Positions 22,685 to 33,720 of a stretch of DNA of 38,877 nucleotides are shown piece after piece. The translations under genes and the position numbers were made by a program. The stretch is from Octopus bimaculoides. Taxonomy: Eukaryota. The DNA lies in NCBI RefSeq assembly GCF_001194135.2, contig NC_068982.1:134076700-134115576 (forward strand), read 5' to 3'. The notes beneath the pieces were generated by a model that saw nothing but the letters and a program-made list of their open reading frames with translations, did not search any database and had not been told where the DNA came from. Numbering within the stretch: position 1 is the stretch's first letter; the number at the start of each line of letters is the position of its first letter.

Positions 22685-22898
22685 TTTCAAGTTTTGGCAC
22701 AACGTCGGCAATTTCAGGGGAGGGGGTAAGTCGATTAGATCGACCCACAACGCAACTGGTATTTCTTTTATTGATCCCGAGAGGATGAAAGGCGATGTCG
22801 ACTTCAGCGGAATTTGAATTCAGAACATAAGGACAGCTGAAATGCCGCTAAGCATTTTTTTGTCCAGCCGCTAACGATTCTGCCAGCTCGCCGCCTTA
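22685..22898 (-). mobile_element. SINE family B with tail variant 1b
   Basis: Reverse complement head AAGGCGGCGAGCTGGCAGAATCGTTAGC and tail CCCCCTCCCCTGAAATTGCCGACGTTGTGCCAAAACTTGAAAC. Confidence 0.85.
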
Positions 22899-23046
22899 GT
22901 ATGACTAATTATTAGTAATTATTGACTATCGTAACAGAACAAATACGAGTTCTTGGCGAGGTACCTGCTTCGACTTCCGGTTTATAACGATTTCAATTAC
23001 ATCGTCAATATTCAAGAGAAAGGCACGAAAATCGCATATCAGTTTT

Positions 23047-23200
23047 ATGTGTGTGTGTGTGTGTGTGTGTGTGGAAAGAGAGAGGGAGAGAGTAAGAGAG
23101 AGAGAGAGAGAGGGAGAGAGGGAGAGAGAGAGGGAGAGAGAGAGAGAGAGAGAAATAGATAGAGAGAGAAATAGAGAGAGAGACAGAGAGAGAGAAAGAG
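23047..23200. repeat. (GT)n-(GA)n compound microsatellite
   Basis: Read directly from the sequence. Confidence 0.95.
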
Positions 23201-23204
23201 AGAG

Positions 23205-23278
23205 GTGTGTGGCTTAATGGTTTAGGTGTTGGACTCGTGATCGTAAAATTGTGGTTTCGATTCCTGGACCGGGCGTTG
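23205..23278 (+). mobile_element. SINE family C head, truncated by gap 23279-23525
   Basis: GTGTGTGGCTTAATGGTTTAGG..GTTTCGATTCCTGGACCGGGCGTTG matches the head at 3251. Confidence 0.75.
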
Positions 23279-23744
23279 NNNNNNNNNNNNNNNNNNNNNN
23301 NNNNNNNNNNNNNNNNNNNNNNNNNNNNNNNNNNNNNNNNNNNNNNNNNNNNNNNNNNNNNNNNNNNNNNNNNNNNNNNNNNNNNNNNNNNNNNNNNNNN
23401 NNNNNNNNNNNNNNNNNNNNNNNNNNNNNNNNNNNNNNNNNNNNNNNNNNNNNNNNNNNNNNNNNNNNNNNNNNNNNNNNNNNNNNNNNNNNNNNNNNNN
23501 NNNNNNNNNNNNNNNNNNNNNNNNNGTGTGCGCGTGTGTGTGTGCGTGTATGTGTGCATATATGTGTGTGTGTGCATGTGTGTGTGTGCGTGTGTGTGTT
23601 TGCGTGTGTGTGTATGTGTGTGTGTATGTGTATGTGTATGTGTGTGCGTGTGTGTGCGTGCGTGTGTGTGTGTGTGTGTGTGAGTGTGTGCGCGCGTGCG
23701 CGTGTACGTGTGTGTGCTGTTTACTTAAAGAACAAATCTGTCGA

Positions 23745-24125
23745 CCCCAGAGTCGTTAAACATCGAACATATCTGTCCCGATGCTCTGAGTTCAAGTTCC
23801 ACTAAAACAAACCTTGCTTCTTATCCCTCTGCAGTCGATAAACATTGTACAAATCACATACTGGGCTCGATTTTTGCACTCACTTACGATAGAGCGACGG
23901 AAATATTAAACCACTGGACGGACTCAATGTTTTAACGCATTTAGTTTCGACGTTCTACGTTATGAGTTCAAATCTCACATATATCGACTACACATTTCGT
24001 CGTTCCAAACTCAACAGTTACCTCCCCGCCCACCCCGTCCCGTGTATTGGGATAGATTCAACCAATTGGTCGCCTTCTTGTAAAATTTGCACTCTTGAAT
24101 ATTTGGGGGATATCTTAATTCGTCT
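23745..24125 (+). mobile_element. Two highly decayed SINE family B copies
   Basis: CTCTGAGTTCAAGTTCC..CTTGCTTCTTATCCCTCTGCAGTCGATAAA and TTATGAGTTCAAATCTCAC..ATCGACTACACATTTCGTCGTTC. Confidence 0.55.
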
Positions 24126-24601
24126 CTTATTAAACACCATCTGCTTTAAAGTTAACTTCTATAAAAGAGATAAAAAATAGCTGGAAGCTTAGAGGCATCT
24201 GATAAAAAGATTTGGTTGTAGAAAAGAAAAGAATGTGAGGAGATTTTAGTTCACTTTTCAACTACAATAATAAATAGTTCACTCTTTTACTCTTTTACTT
24301 GTTTCAGNNNNNNNNNNNNNNNNNNNNNNNNNNNNNNNNNNNNNNNNNNNNNNNNNNNNNNNNNNNNNNNNNNNNNNNNNNNNNNNNNNNNNNNNNNNNN
24401 NNNNNNNNNNNNNNNNNNNNNNNNNNNNNNNNNNNNNNNNNNNNNNNNNNNNNNNNNNNNNNNNNNNNNNNNNNNNNNNNNNNNNNNNNNNNNNNNNNNN
24501 NNNNNNNNNNNNNNNNNNNNNNNNNNNNNNNNNNNNNNNNNNNNNNNNNNNNNNNNNNNNNNNNNNNNNNNNNNNNNNNNNNNNNNNNNNNNNNNNNNNN
24601 N

Positions 24602-24760
24602 CGACGGGCTTCTTTCAGTTTCCGTCTACCAAATCCACACACAAGGCTTTGGTCGGCCCGAGGCTATAGTAGAAGACATTTGCCCAAGATGCCACGCAGT
24701 GGGACTGAACCCAGGACCATGTGGTTGGTAAGCAAGCTACTGACCACACAGCCACTCCTG
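24602..24760 (-). mobile_element. SINE family A 5' half (the rest lies in gap 24308-24601)
   Basis: CGACGGGCTTCTTTCAGTTTCCG...GACCACACAGCCACTCCT. Confidence 0.9.
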
Positions 24761-24821
24761 AAACATTTCACATAATGTTTACAAAAGAAAAGAAATGAAT
24801 CGTATTTATAAATTTTTACAA

Positions 24822-24824
24822 ATG

Positions 24825-24877
<53 letters not shown>

Positions 24878-24896
24878 GACGACGACGATGATGATA

Positions 24897-24928
<32 letters not shown>

Positions 24929-24950
24929 AATAAATATTACTATTATTACT
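24822..24950. repeat. Compound trinucleotide (ATA)n(ACG)n(ATG)n
   Basis: Read directly from the sequence. Confidence 0.95.
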
Positions 24951-25312
24951 GCAAGAGCTCCGTGTTGCTGATGTGTGTGCAGCATCGTACTGTGTTTTTT
25001 GTTTTGTTTTGTTTTCTCTTTTTTGTTTTGGTTTGGGAAAGTACAAATTCTTCCCAGCACTGTATTGCATCAGTTTGTTTTGCTTTAGGATTTGGCTGGA
25101 GTCTTTTGTTGTATTAGCGTTTGTATTGTGTGTTGCGGGTGTGATGCGAGTTGTGGCCTTCTGTTGAGCATCCTACTTGTAGAGCCCGTATTGTGGAGGT
25201 TATTTATTTCATTGTGTATGGATTGTTTTATTTGAATTGTACTATTGAATTGATTGAATCTTGCGCGCACACACACATACACACACACACACGCTAACAC
25301 ACATACACATAT

Positions 25313-25477
25313 ATGACGGGCTTCTTTTAGTTTCCGTCCACCAAATCCACTCACAAGGCTTTGATCAGCCTAGATTCATCGTAGATGATACTTGCCCAAG
25401 GTACCACGCAGTGGGATTGAACCCGGAATCATATGGTTAGGAAGCAAACTTCTAACCACAGAGCCATGCCTGCGCCT
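25313..25477 (-). mobile_element. SINE family A 5' half
   Basis: GACGGGCTTCTTTTAGTTTCCG...AGCCATGCCTGCGCC. Confidence 0.9.
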
Positions 25478-25619
25478 ATGCACACGTGCGCGCGCGAATA
25501 TAACTACATGTATGTACACACATGTCCCCCCTACACACACACATCTATATTGCATTGCTATTGTGATACAATAACTAAATAATTCTGTTGAATAATATTC
25601 ACTATCATCACAAAAATTT

Positions 25620-25985
25620 AACAAGAGCACTCAGAGAGCGCAAACTTCCGCCAAGGCAACATCAACGTACTCTCAACGATTAACCAGAGGTGATTTTTAA
25701 AATGAGAATATCTTAAATAAACTCGACCCCTCTCACAAACGAGAATACTACAAAAGAATACAACCGCTCTCAAAAATTAAGGAAAAACACAGGTAAAATA
25801 ATCCAGAATCCTTGTCCGGTACCGGATCGATCCCCAAATCTAATCAGTTCGTACCAGACACGAGGTCAAACGTCCCTGAAATTTTCATCCGAATCCATCC
25901 AGCCGTTCTTGAGATATCTTGTCCACGGTCAAACAAGCAAACACGACTGAAAACAATACCTCCGCCTTCGCTTAGGCGGAGGTAA
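25620..25985 (+). mobile_element. Helentron-associated (HINE/DINE-1-like) non-autonomous element
   Basis: 5' subterminal CTTCCGCCAAGGC; 3' 11-bp hairpin TACCTCCGCCT-TCGCTT-AGGCGGAGGTA (25957-25984) echoing it; internal palindrome TCCGGTACCGGA (25815-25826); T/A-rich flanks without a TSD. Confidence 0.65.
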
Positions 25986-26819
25986 TAAAGCTTTAGTCAT
26001 TGTAACTTAGATACGGTGTACATTTCTAGCTGTATCATAGTACATAGAGTTTTTCTTCAGTATATTTCACAAATAAAGGTTTCATCATTTACCAGATTAT
26101 AATAATGCTTGGTATGGCATGACCCGTAGACAGTCTAAAAGAAACTTCGATTAGAATAAAGTTTCAAATTCATTTCATGTACAGCAGTGATCTACTATGC
26201 TTCAAATTAACACAGTGGTAACATAGTGTAGCGAACAGACATAATTTTCCCTTCTATAAATACCAAAAAGACTAAACAATGCCTGTAATATATCTATATA
26301 TAATAATTAACATCGAAACTTTACAACAAACTTAGTGTCTCAATAAAATTATATTTTCGACATGTGACAAAAACAGACGTGTTTATAGCCTTGGGAATGT
26401 CTTTTTTTCACATTTCTCCTAAACATATTCTCACGGTATTACACTGATTGTTCATTTTACTCCAATTGACGAAGTTGTTATCGAGAAGTAAGTCAGATTA
26501 AGGAAAATAAGTTAACCAAGGCCTATTAATAGGGAATTGAGAAGAAACCTTTTGCTCGTGTTTAAATTTGAAATCATCTCCTGGCGATGTTTCTGAAGAC
26601 CTCCCCAAAAAATATGTTTTATGCATTAGGACAGTTATGGAAATCCCCATAGCTAAGGCTTTGAAATAAATAACTGTAAATTTATCTACATTATATATGT
26701 TTCAGGTATTCAATTTCTGGATTGGTTGGCGTGTTGTGTCCTTATGTAAGGCACTTCATTTTACATTACTCCACTCTTCCAGTGCTGGTACATCTCTCTC
26801 CCTCTCTTTAAATCTCTAG

Positions 26820-26969
26820 GCATAGCTGTGTTATAAAAAGTTCGCTCCTCCAACTGTTACGTATTCAGTGCCACTGTGTGGCACCTAGAGCAAGTGTCCT
26901 CTGCTACAACCTCGGGCCGAATAAAGCCTTGTAAATGGATTTGGTTGAGTCGGAAACTGAAGACGCCCG

Positions 26970-27049
<80 letters not shown>

Positions 27050-27278
27050 ATATATCTATGTGTCTTTGGTTTGTATGTGTCCCCCTACCACCGCTTGAAA
27101 ACCGGTGTTGGTGTGTTTATGTCTCCTTAACGTAGCGGTTCGTCAAAAGAAACCGATAGAATGACCATGCTTTAAGTAAAAACTAAATTCTGGGGTCGAT
27201 TTCTTCGACCAAATAGTTCAAAGCAGTGCTCCAGCATGGTCACAGTCCAGTGAATGAAACAAGTAAAAGGTAAAAGAC
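26820..27278 (+). mobile_element. Diverged full-length SINE family A with an expanded (TG)n
   Basis: GGCACCTAGAGCAAGTG, GGAAACTGAAGACGCCCG(TG)n, and a 3' half ending GAAACAAGTAAAAGGTAAAAG. Confidence 0.85.
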
Positions 27279-27442
27279 CAAAGATACCATTTCATATCAA
27301 GCTTCTTTTCACAGAATATCAACTCAAATAAAACGATTCTTTAAAAAAGGAAATATTTAAATACAGCGGAAATCGCCAGACACTGGCCATCTACCGAGCG
27401 GTTTGCTGCCGGATATTGTTGTTGTACTCAACACTATGCTCT

Positions 27443-27870
27443 TGTAGGAAGTAATGTTGGCACTGGATGGGTGCCACACAATTCCTTACATAAACGGGGA
27501 AGGAAAATAGCGGAACAAGAATATCCGAACAAATAAGAATCTTTATTTTTCAGCTGTATAAGCGTTACATCTTGGGACAATCAGTAGCCAGGTCGCCTTG
27601 GTGTGGAAGCAGCAGAATCGGTTTAATCACAATTGTGAATATATTCTTCACAGGTTAGCCAACGTCGTGTGGCGCCTTCGGAATTCCAGCTACACGGAGC
27701 TTGTCAAGTTGCGTGCGGCTCGGTCGGCAGCAAAGATGAAGAAAGTGAATGGCGGTCGATGACTGCGCATGCGCATAAGGAGCTTCCGGCAGACCTTCCG
27801 GAAGGCTCTAATGCCTGCGCATGCGTGGATAAAAATCCCAAAATGGCGACTGGAACCAGGTGTAACTACA
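27443..27870 (-). mobile_element. Solo LTR (428 bp), same family as 4040-4489
   Basis: Termini TGTAG...CTACA. 4-bp TSD CTCT (27439-27442, 27871-27874). Shares CCAGTCGCCATTTTGG, GCGCATGCG, AAGGCGAC..GCTAC, AATAAA and ATGTA.GGAATTG with copy 1. Confidence 0.85.
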
Positions 27871-29344
27871 CTCTTTTCGCTTTCATTGTCCTGTGATTAT
27901 TCATGCGATACACCTGTGTTCAGATCACAACCGCCACTGTTGACCACCCACCAGCTACAAGCACCCGAATAAGACTACTGCCAACCATTTTATGTGTTAC
28001 GACAGCACAGCGCCGGGCCCTGCTCAATTGCGTTGTCGGGCCTTCATCGACACCAGTTGTTTAACGGTCGTTATATCATCAATTTTTGATCAGAAATTTT
28101 TAAAAGAAGGAATCTTCACTTATTTCCTACGTGTGTAGTGTTTACATTATTTTTCTTTTGATTTTATTCATATGGCAACGTTGAAACAATTTTCCTATCG
28201 TAGAAGATAAGCAAATGTGTACCAACGTCTATGTTGATAATGGTAAAAAAAAAAGAGCATAAGTAAAACAAAAAGTAATTTAGTAGGAATCAGACGCATT
28301 AAAATTTCAGAACAATAAATATTACAAAACAGTGTTAATCTCTGAAAATTATGTCCAGTAAAACAATCAAAAGCTTCAATCCTATATCGAAATTGGGTTC
28401 CATGTTTTGTTTCACCGTGAATATCACTTGATGTTCCATCTGTTAGGGTACCTACGAACTGTTGATGGATTTTCCTCTAAGGCGGTGCACTAACTGCTAG
28501 AAATAGCAGCCAAATTTCCACCAAATTGCATCCTTCTTTCTTAAATAAAGGACACATTGGATACAGTTAAAATGAAAGACGGGAGCAGACAGACGCAACA
28601 GCTTTGATCATAAATCTGTTCGACCAGGTCTAACTCGGAATCTGGGATTATAAGAATAGGGTTCAGTTAGTATGTCGGTTCGATGCCCCGAAAACTAAGA
28701 AGGGGCCCGTGACTCTGTCGGGTTCACTCTCTGAAACACTTCGTCCTCCCCTGAATTTTTAGAGAATCCCTTACTTTTCTCATTGCCTGAAAAAAGTCTT
28801 GTTTTGCCTAACCAAGTTTCTCAAGACTCGGTTAGAGACTAAAATCAATGAAAACGGCAATTTATATACTAATCATTTGAGAGTTACGTGCCTTGTTTAT
28901 CTACTAATACTACTAATGTACACAAGCCATCAATGTACAACCAACCACTTTAAATAGTGTATTAACTGCGCCTCTCAAAAGTATAAATTACATAGTGTAT
29001 TAAAATATAAATTAAATAGTGTATCAACTGCGCCATCTACGGTTCTCAAAACTATAAATTACAACCTCACTTCCTTCTTCACGGTTGTAGTCAACCAAAA
29101 AGAAAAGGCCGTGTTGTTGGAACAAATTCAAGACTATTTTTGCAACCTTTTCCTATTCAGTATTATTTTGGTGGGAACAATTTCGCTACTGTGAACACTA
29201 CACTGTGTAACTTAAGAGAAAGAGACTTTAACAGTTTTTGCTTAAGGCTGTATAACTACTTAAAAACCCATTTATTATATCTCTATGCAGTAGCAAGTTT
29301 GTTTTACGGTTGAACACTTCTACACACTATCACTTCCGATCTAA

Positions 29345-29500
29345 GGGCAATGGATTGGTGTAATCGTTAGAGCGTCAGATAAAATTCCGCGTGGTGTTAG
29401 TTCCAGCTCTTCATGTTCTGAGTTCAAACCCATCCTCGATCAGTTTGTTTTATTCCTTTCGAAGCTGTTAAAATATCAAATACTCTGTTGATTAAATCGA
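29345..29500 (+). mobile_element. Decayed SINE family B
   Basis: AATCGTTAGAGCGTCAGATAAAAT..GTTCTGAGTTCAAACCC. Confidence 0.6.
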
Positions 29501-29539
29501 CTGAATGGCATTACCCAAAAAATTTACATACATACATAC

Positions 29540-31076
29540 ATTTATATGCAGTTAAGTATATTGTAAAGAGCCATTCTTATCACCTCGCATCGCACGGTCC
29601 TACCTACAAAATGATGACCCCGACGTGATCACGCACCTCAACCATTTAGTGACCCGACTTAGGACACGCACCTCGTCCATTTACAAACTGGTGACCCCGT
29701 GAAAAGTACCATCCCTCGGTCACTTACTAAGTTGTGACCTCGTCAAGAACAAAGATCTTCAAATTCTTTGTTCAGTGTCAGCTTTAATTTTACTTTAATG
29801 ACCAACCGTCCTTTCTAATTTCACCTCTTCGCTACAGAAATATCTTCCTTTTATCGTTTATTTTGTCTTCCGCAAAATGACTGGTGAGGGGATATCTGTA
29901 GCGTACACTCGAGTGAAATTCCTCTCTCCCCTTTATCATATATACGTGCATTCGAACGTAGCAGGTAACAGTTAGCCTTTGGCCGCTATTTGGATCCCGT
30001 TGTGTCCACTACTCTGATTGGTTGGTATTGGCACAATTTGTCTCTTACTCGATTGCGCCAACTACTGCGTATAACTGAGATCACGTGGGACAACCTGTTC
30101 ACAACCCCGTTTGAACCTATTGTTCCTTATAAAAACTCACCTTCTCCTCTTTTCGAAGTCTTTTGGTTCCGTACCTTTTAAGGTCTAGCCACTGACCACA
30201 AAGACACAACCAGTTCCAGCGACAACGCCAGACGACAACACCATCACCACCACAGCAGCCACGTTGAGACCTACCAATTTCGTCCAACAGCATTACACCA
30301 GTCTCTTTCTTCGTTGCCACCATCATCTTCGTTAACATCATCTCTCTACGTACACAGCTCAACAGACAACTCGCCCAGGTTCGTGAATAACGTCACCATG
30401 GATCAACAGTGAATATACAACCTGCAAGAAATCCTGTATCAAGTGACCCAGGCAACAGCATCACAGCCAAAACTTCACGTACGACATGTACCTGCAACTG
30501 GCTCAACATCATGGCCGCAACTTCTTGATACAGTATTTCGACTACCGTGTACTAATGATAATGAACTGGTATTATTTATCTTACTTGTGTCTATGAACTC
30601 ACTTCTCTCTTCGATGGATATAGATTCTTTCACTGTCTGCTTCATTGCTATTCTTATATGTACTTAACACACGCGCATGCATCTATGCTTACGCACACAC
30701 ATACACTTTGTTCTCATGACGGCCTGTCTATTTATTATTCTGTATACATGACGCGCACACAGACACACATGTTAACATGTCAATAAATCTTTTAACCATT
30801 CTATGCAGTTGTCTCCTTTTTCTCTCTGGCACTTATATGCACTATTCAATAATATTTATTGTATCGACCGTGTGATGTACTAAAGAGCCATTCTCGTTAC
30901 TTCGCATCGCACGGTCCGAAGGACATATGATACTTCAACTCTCGGAGGTAGAGACTTGAAGAACCATATGGCCTTCGGCTTTAGAATCTGACGAGTCGTC
31001 CATGAGGCTAAGCGCTTTATGGAGGCGAAACCGCTGGTCACCCTACGATCAGACATAGACTTAACTGCATATAAAT
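29540..31076 (+). mobile_element. Composite non-coding retroelement-like module: 18-bp inverted ends, LTR-like body, repeated 37-mer, hairpin and hammerhead
   Basis: ATTTATATGCAGTTAAGT (29540-29557) is the exact reverse complement of 31059-31076. A 37-mer at 29564-29600 repeats at 30881-30917 (33/37). TG start at 29562, U3-like subrepeats at 29612-29700, TATAAAAA near 30128 and AATAAA near 30782. Confidence 0.6.
30981..31047 (+). ncRNA. Type I hammerhead ribozyme motif (stem I partly decayed)
   Basis: CUGACGA at 30988-30994; stem II G30995-C31026 (about 13 bp, one bulge); GAAA at 31027-31030; stem III ACC-GCU-GGU; GUC cleavage site after 31039. Stem I UAGAAU/ACCCUA has two A-C mismatches. 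Confidence 0.7.
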
Positions 31077-31326
31077 ATATTACCGCTCTATGTTTTAGAG
31101 TGTGCTTCTTCTTCGGATATATGATATATTGACGATATATATATGTATATATATATTTCGTTATTGTATTTGGTTTGCAAGATTCTTTATGTGAATTCGT
31201 GCGTTGAAGTATATTTTATTGTGTCTGGAGAGAGTCATTCTCTTTCAGTGCATTATTAATTTAACACACTCACCGGTCCGATTTCCACTCATTTACTTAT
31301 TTTTACTAAAATTTTCGTTGCATCTT

Positions 31327-31501
31327 GCAACCTTGTCAATAGTCATTGACTCTGTCCGTTATTGGAACTGCGTTCTTTCTTTTCTTTTGTCTCCTTTCTT
31401 TTTTTTTTTCTTTTCTTCTTTTTCTTATTTTCCTTTTCTTCGTTTTCTTTTTTTATGCAGTCCCGATAACAGACAGAGTTAACGACTATTGAAAAGGTTG
31501 C
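31327..31501. repeat. 45-bp inverted repeat around an 85-nt T-rich spacer, ending at gap 31502-31930
   Basis: 31327-31371 versus revcomp(31457-31501) matches at 39/45. Confidence 0.85.
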
Positions 31502-31929
31502 NNNNNNNNNNNNNNNNNNNNNNNNNNNNNNNNNNNNNNNNNNNNNNNNNNNNNNNNNNNNNNNNNNNNNNNNNNNNNNNNNNNNNNNNNNNNNNNNNNN
31601 NNNNNNNNNNNNNNNNNNNNNNNNNNNNNNNNNNNNNNNNNNNNNNNNNNNNNNNNNNNNNNNNNNNNNNNNNNNNNNNNNNNNNNNNNNNNNNNNNNNN
31701 NNNNNNNNNNNNNNNNNNNNNNNNNNNNNNNNNNNNNNNNNNNNNNNNNNNNNNNNNNNNNNNNNNNNNNNNNNNNNNNNNNNNNNNNNNNNNNNNNNNN
31801 NNNNNNNNNNNNNNNNNNNNNNNNNNNNNNNNNNNNNNNNNNNNNNNNNNNNNNNNNNNNNNNNNNNNNNNNNNNNNNNNNNNNNNNNNNNNNNNNNNNN
31901 NNNNNNNNNNNNNNNNNNNNNNNNNNNNN

Positions 31930-31930
<1 letters not shown>

Positions 31931-32023
<93 letters not shown>

Positions 32024-32052
32024 TAGATAGATACATACATACATACATACAT
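31931..32052. repeat. (AT)(AG)(AGAC)(AGAT)(ACAT) compound microsatellite
   Basis: Read directly from the sequence. Confidence 0.95.
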
Positions 32053-33399
32053 ACAAATATATTATTAATAATAGTAATATTAGTGGCAATTCAATATTCA
32101 TATATACGCACACCAAATATAAATACATCGCGAAAAGGCAATTAACTGCGGTATTGGTCCGGCGATATTATCTCTTATGAACGTACTGTGTTTAACTACT
32201 CATATTTATAAGTAACAGACGAAAATCGTCCAGTGGCGATGGTGTGAACGCGTGATACACGTTTCTGCCTCGTTGCTATTTTCCCTGAGTGTAATCAGCA
32301 GACAAGCATATCATAAAATATCAACAATTTTGACGTTTGAGCGAAGGGGCGCTGAGGGAGACAGCCATGACAGTTGGAGTTGCAATAACGTTGAGACTGG
32401 TTTGCTGGTAAAGTTTTGCTCACCAGGTCGAAAAGATAGCTTTGCAGGTAAATATTTGGTAGAAGTATAGCAAATAGTGTAGGAATGTTAACTCAGAGGA
32501 CTCTAGTAGTGTTGTAGTGTGGTGTAATGCAGCAGTAGTGCTGATAGTGACATTGCCACGGACAACACACCGAGGTTGAGAGAAAATCTAACAAAGACAA
32601 CATTAAAAAACATACCAAACAACAATAGCAACAACAACGTTGAAAGATGAAGGAATGGTTCAAAAACAAAAGCATGTTGCATAACCGGAAAATATTCGTT
32701 CAGAAAGCCGAAACAATGTTGCTGTTTTCCGCAACAGGGATTTCCTGCCATTCCCATTAACCTGAGCAACCACCGCCATTGTAGAAATCGTTGAGAGTTA
32801 AAGGAGCTTTAGCAACAATAACAACAACAGCAACCATGAAGGAGAACAAGAAAACATTATTAACAATTACAACACTAATCACAAGATGCTCAACAACAGC
32901 AGCAACGACAACAATAATACTTCCACCGCCGCAGATGGCAACATCACCTACAGGGGTTATTGTAAAGGGATTACAAGAACTGGAGAAAATCCAACAAAAC
33001 GGTCAATATTAGAGAAATAATCATTAAGAGAGGCTAGGAAACTAATACCTAAGACATACCACCGAAGAAATTGAAGAATGTTGCCTGATGCACGGTAACA
33101 TACCAATGCATATGAGCAAAGAGCCAATGCATGGAAAAAATGAAGGTGACGGACATGCCGCCAGAAATGTATGTGTGTGTGTGTGTGTGTGTGTGTCTGT
33201 GTGTGTGTCTGTGTGTGTGTGTGTCTGTGTGTATGTGATGCTAGAATCCGTCGTAAGCAATGAAAACAAAAACATCTTAAAAGTGTACAAACTGCACCAC
33301 TAAAAAAACTCTTGTCCCAAGTTTAGTTTGACCAAATTCTAGCGTCTGCTCTTTTGTTTGTTATAGAGGGAACATGTTCCACTGGCCAGGTGGATCATT

Positions 33400-33720
33400 T
33401 GCTCCGAACGCCCTATTCTAGGCGGGACAAGTGTGCCATAACAGTTGATGCGCAGATATGAGCCGAGGCTGCAGCATTTACAAGGATTCAGAGACAGTGA
33501 GCGAGTCTGGTCGTTCTTTGTTACAACTCACCTCGTTAACGGAGTTACAGTCCCGAAACAAGCTTAGAAGACCCAGATTGGGCAGATAGCATCTAAAATG
33601 TTGTCAGGTGCTCACAACCTGTTGTTGTGAGGCACGAAATAAAGTTGTTTTTATCTCGAGTTGCAATCGGCGGCAATCACTCCAGGCATCGGATCACGGG
33701 AAAACCAACCAGACCTCACA
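33400..33720 (-). mobile_element. LINE AP-endonuclease-like fragment
   Basis: Minus-strand pieces VIAADCNSR..NFISCLTTTGCEHLTT and VVTKNDQTRSLSLNP resemble the GDFN and LDL..SDH regions of AP endonucleases; frameshifted. Confidence 0.5.

Noticed and set aside
29562-30880. A canonical solo LTR call for the LTR-like body
   Set aside because: No terminal CA with a matching TSD could be found, so it is described only as LTR-like within the composite module.
32300-33030. Plus-strand exon-like pieces (GCAG|GTAAAT donor near 32447; Asn-rich frame ending ..TYRGYCKGITRTGENPTKRSILEK*)
   Set aside because: The pieces do not splice into a consistent frame and are dominated by (AAC)n low-complexity sequence.
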